From Sulfolobales archaeon HS-7 (GTDB lineage Archaea; Thermoproteota; Thermoprotei_A; Sulfolobales; Sulfolobaceae): a DNA stretch of 64,000 nt. The stretch's first letter is position 1. Each line of letters opens with the position of its first letter. Below the pieces are notes generated by a model that did not search any database, was not told where the DNA came from, and saw only the letters and a list, made by a program, of their open reading frames with translations. The DNA lies in assembly GCA_019704295.1 (NCBI GenBank), contig AP024596.1:1472001-1536000 (forward strand). The letters run 5' to 3'. This document shows positions 61,942-64,000 of this stretch, in pieces. The position numbers were made by a program, and so were the translations under genes.

Positions 61942-63012
61942 TTACTTTAACACTGCATATCTAACTATCGGGTCAGCAATCCTGTATTCCTCTCCATTCC
62001 TCTCTATGAATCCCATACTCTTAAGCTTGTTTAATTCCCTGAAGAGAGTGGTATTACTGACCCTCTTTCCCGTACTGGCAGTAACGTAGTCCATTATGTT
62101 CTTCCACCTAGCCTTTCCTAAGCTGGCTACAGCCTTAAGTATTAGAAGGTAGTAGGGACTCCTCGCCTCTAGTTCCTTTAATTCCTCTCTAACTAAATTG
62201 GAACCTATCTCCTTCACCTCCTCTATAGCTTCCTCCTTCTTTTCCAGATATAATTTGCCGAAGTACACTAACCAACCTACAATACCGTCTAGCTCCTTTA
62301 CAGCCTCTTCTATCACGCTTTCCTTAACTTCAACGTTTACTTCCTTAAACCCTCTCCTTAAGAACTCCTTAGATTTATCTTCGTTAAATGACTTTAACTC
62401 TACTGTGAAATAGTACCTACCGTAAAGTTCTGATTTCGGTTCGTCAAAACTTAAAAAGTCATGAAGTAAACCAACTTCACTTCCTGTCACGATTAACGTT
62501 ATTCCCCTCATGTAGTCGTAAACGTGAGCAAAGAATGGGCGTAAACCCAATGTAGAGTATTTTAAGTATTGGGCTTCATCAAAAACTATAGGTATCTTAC
62601 CTTTTCTAAGTCCTATCTCGTTAAGGGCTTCGAATACCTTATTCAAACTGTCCTTTACATCGTCTTTTACTCTCACTCTAACAGGATATTCGATTTCTAT
62701 TCCGAGTTTTTCAAATACATTTCTCACATATGCTTTCTTGCTAAGTTTGGTTAGGGAGGAGTAAATTTCCTCCAAAAGCTTCTCAACATACACTTTTCTG
62801 GTTGAACTGTCATACACCTTTCTTACGTCTACGAAGGCATAATCTACCCCGAGCGAGTTTAATGTAGAGAGGATTAAACTCGATTTCCCTATTCTTCTTA
62901 TTCCTAAGATTAAGATCAACCTTTCATTGAGTCCCCCCTTTAATTTCTCAACTTCCTCTTCCCTACCGAACAAATCACTTAATGACGTTTTAGGTTCCGT
63001 ATCGAAAAGCAA
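61942..63012 (-). CDS. Archaeal ATPase (P-loop + C-terminal wHTH)
   Basis: MLFDTEPK..DLFGREEE, GIRRIGKSS, VFDEAQYL, VTGSEVG, LDGIVGWL, YRIADP. Confidence 0.92.
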   Translation of the reverse strand: MLFDTEPKTSLSDLFGREEEVEKLKGGLNERLILILGIRRIGKSSLILSTLNSLGVDYAFVDVRKVYDSSTRKVYVEKLLEEIYSSLTKLSKKAYVRNVFEKLGIEIEYPVRVRVKDDVKDSLNKVFEALNEIGLRKGKIPIVFDEAQYLKYSTLGLRPFFAHVYDYMRGITLIVTGSEVGLLHDFLSFDEPKSELYGRYYFTVELKSFNEDKSKEFLRRGFKEVNVEVKESVIEEAVKELDGIVGWLVYFGKLYLEKKEEAIEEVKEIGSNLVREELKELEARSPYYLLILKAVASLGKARWKNIMDYVTASTGKRVSNTTLFRELNKLKSMGFIERNGEEYRIADPIVRYAVLK

Positions 63013-63049
63013 GTTACACCCCTGTAACTTAGTTACACCCCTGTAACTT
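63011..63049. promoter_or_regulatory. Two tandem copies of palindrome AGTTACA-CCCC-TGTAACT at the ATPase start (putative operator)
   Basis: AAGTTACACCCCTGTAACTT AGTTACACCCCTGTAACTT seen directly. Confidence 0.65.
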
Positions 63050-63370
63050 AAAAACCTTAATGTGAATAAGTTGTGGGGGTTTTGGCTTCATGAAATATAA
63101 TGATATTTCATATTAATTCTCAGCCCTTGGACTTTACCGAAGTTACGGGGCATTGCCCGGTTCATCCTTCTTCGTCCCTCTAATAAGATAGCCTACGCCC
63201 GCTCATAGATGTGAGAAAACCCTACATCTTGTCCCCTGTTACCCTTTGGGAAAGGCGATTCGTATCTATGAAAAGATCTATGAAATGTTTTTATGACAAA
63301 ATACATAAACTTCACGGTTTATTAGAAACTGTTGACAGCGGCAAACTCAAACGGATCCAATCAATAACTT

Positions 63371-64000
63371 TTAGTGTCTGGTACCAACCACTTCCCTTCT
63401 AACTTCGCCTTCCTCAACCTTTACATTTCTCGTTCTATACACTTCCTTTACCTTAGTAGATATAACCATCGTGAGAAGAGAGCTTACCCCCGATATAAGG
63501 AAGATAAAGAAGAAGGCCTCACGTCCAGGTAAGAACGTAAACATTGGAACTCCTGCAACCGTTCCCTCATATAACGGAATTTTAAAGGTGTCCTCTAAAG
63601 AGCTTGCTAGGACGGGTCCTAGGGTGTTCCCCATAAGTCTCATCGACGTATTGGTACCAGTTATCGTTGCCAGCCTTTTCTCGGAAGAGGAAACCATAAG
63701 TAGGGTAACCCTAGATATAGTCATGCCCCCTATTCCTACAAGGGAAAAGAACACTAGGGCTAAGATCTCATCTATCGTGAGGGAGTAGCTAGTTGACGCT
63801 ATCCCCAACATAAATGAACCAAGCGCTGCTACTAAAGGTGTAATTATTAATATAGGTCTTATTCCCACTTTAAGCGACAGCTTACCAAATATCGGCCCCA
63901 CAAATAACATAATTAGGCTTATTGGGGCTAAAGTCAGACCAGTTGAGATGATGTCCATTCCAAATCCTGTCGGTTTCGGTAATTCGAAAAGGTAAACTAG
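63371..64000 (-). CDS. MFS transporter, C-terminal part (5' end outside the window)
   Basis: Frame open to the window end; multiple TMs, GPIFGKLSLKVGIRP, RLMGNTLGP. Confidence 0.85.
   Translation of the reverse strand, partial: LVYLFELPKPTGFGMDIISTGLTLAPISLIMLFVGPIFGKLSLKVGIRPILIITPLVAALGSFMLGIASTSYSLTIDEILALVFFSLVGIGGMTISRVTLLMVSSSEKRLATITGTNTSMRLMGNTLGPVLASSLEDTFKIPLYEGTVAGVPMFTFLPGREAFFFIFLISGVSSLLTMVISTKVKEVYRTRNVKVEEGEVRREVVGTRH

Overview
This is an AT-rich archaeal chromosome segment with Sulfolobales hallmarks: thermopsin, a CYP119-like P450, plrA, a pNOB8-type integrase, VapBC pairs and many apparently leaderless genes. All assignments come from motif recognition and recalled family sequences, not database searches. 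The left ~31 kb is a defence island. It holds a 1439-aa SIR2 + double P-loop (STAND-like) + HEAT-repeat protein next to a plrA pseudogene, and a complete but split type I-B CRISPR-Cas locus (cas3 and cas2 on minus; cas4-cas1, cas8b and cas7-cas5-cas6 on plus). The array has 25 repeats (15766-17386), and an orphan repeat lies at 12008. Between the orphan and the array sits a 3.7-kb conjugative-plasmid fragment carrying a tRNA-Glu att site, a dead integrase, a HEPN remnant, an apparently intact Kiwa (kwaA-kwaB) pair and plrA. Two CARF effectors (Csx1 and a CARF-PIN protein) are present without any type III genes in the window. The right half is accessory metabolism: Nre plus radical SAM, an enolase-family enzyme, an esterase, a GH114/GH2/GH116/PIG-L cluster, a P450, a phosphoesterase and an ankyrin protein. 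It also carries IS/MITE debris, a tandem pair of Zn-ribbon paralogues, an archaeal ATPase with tandem palindromes at its start, and a partial MFS transporter.
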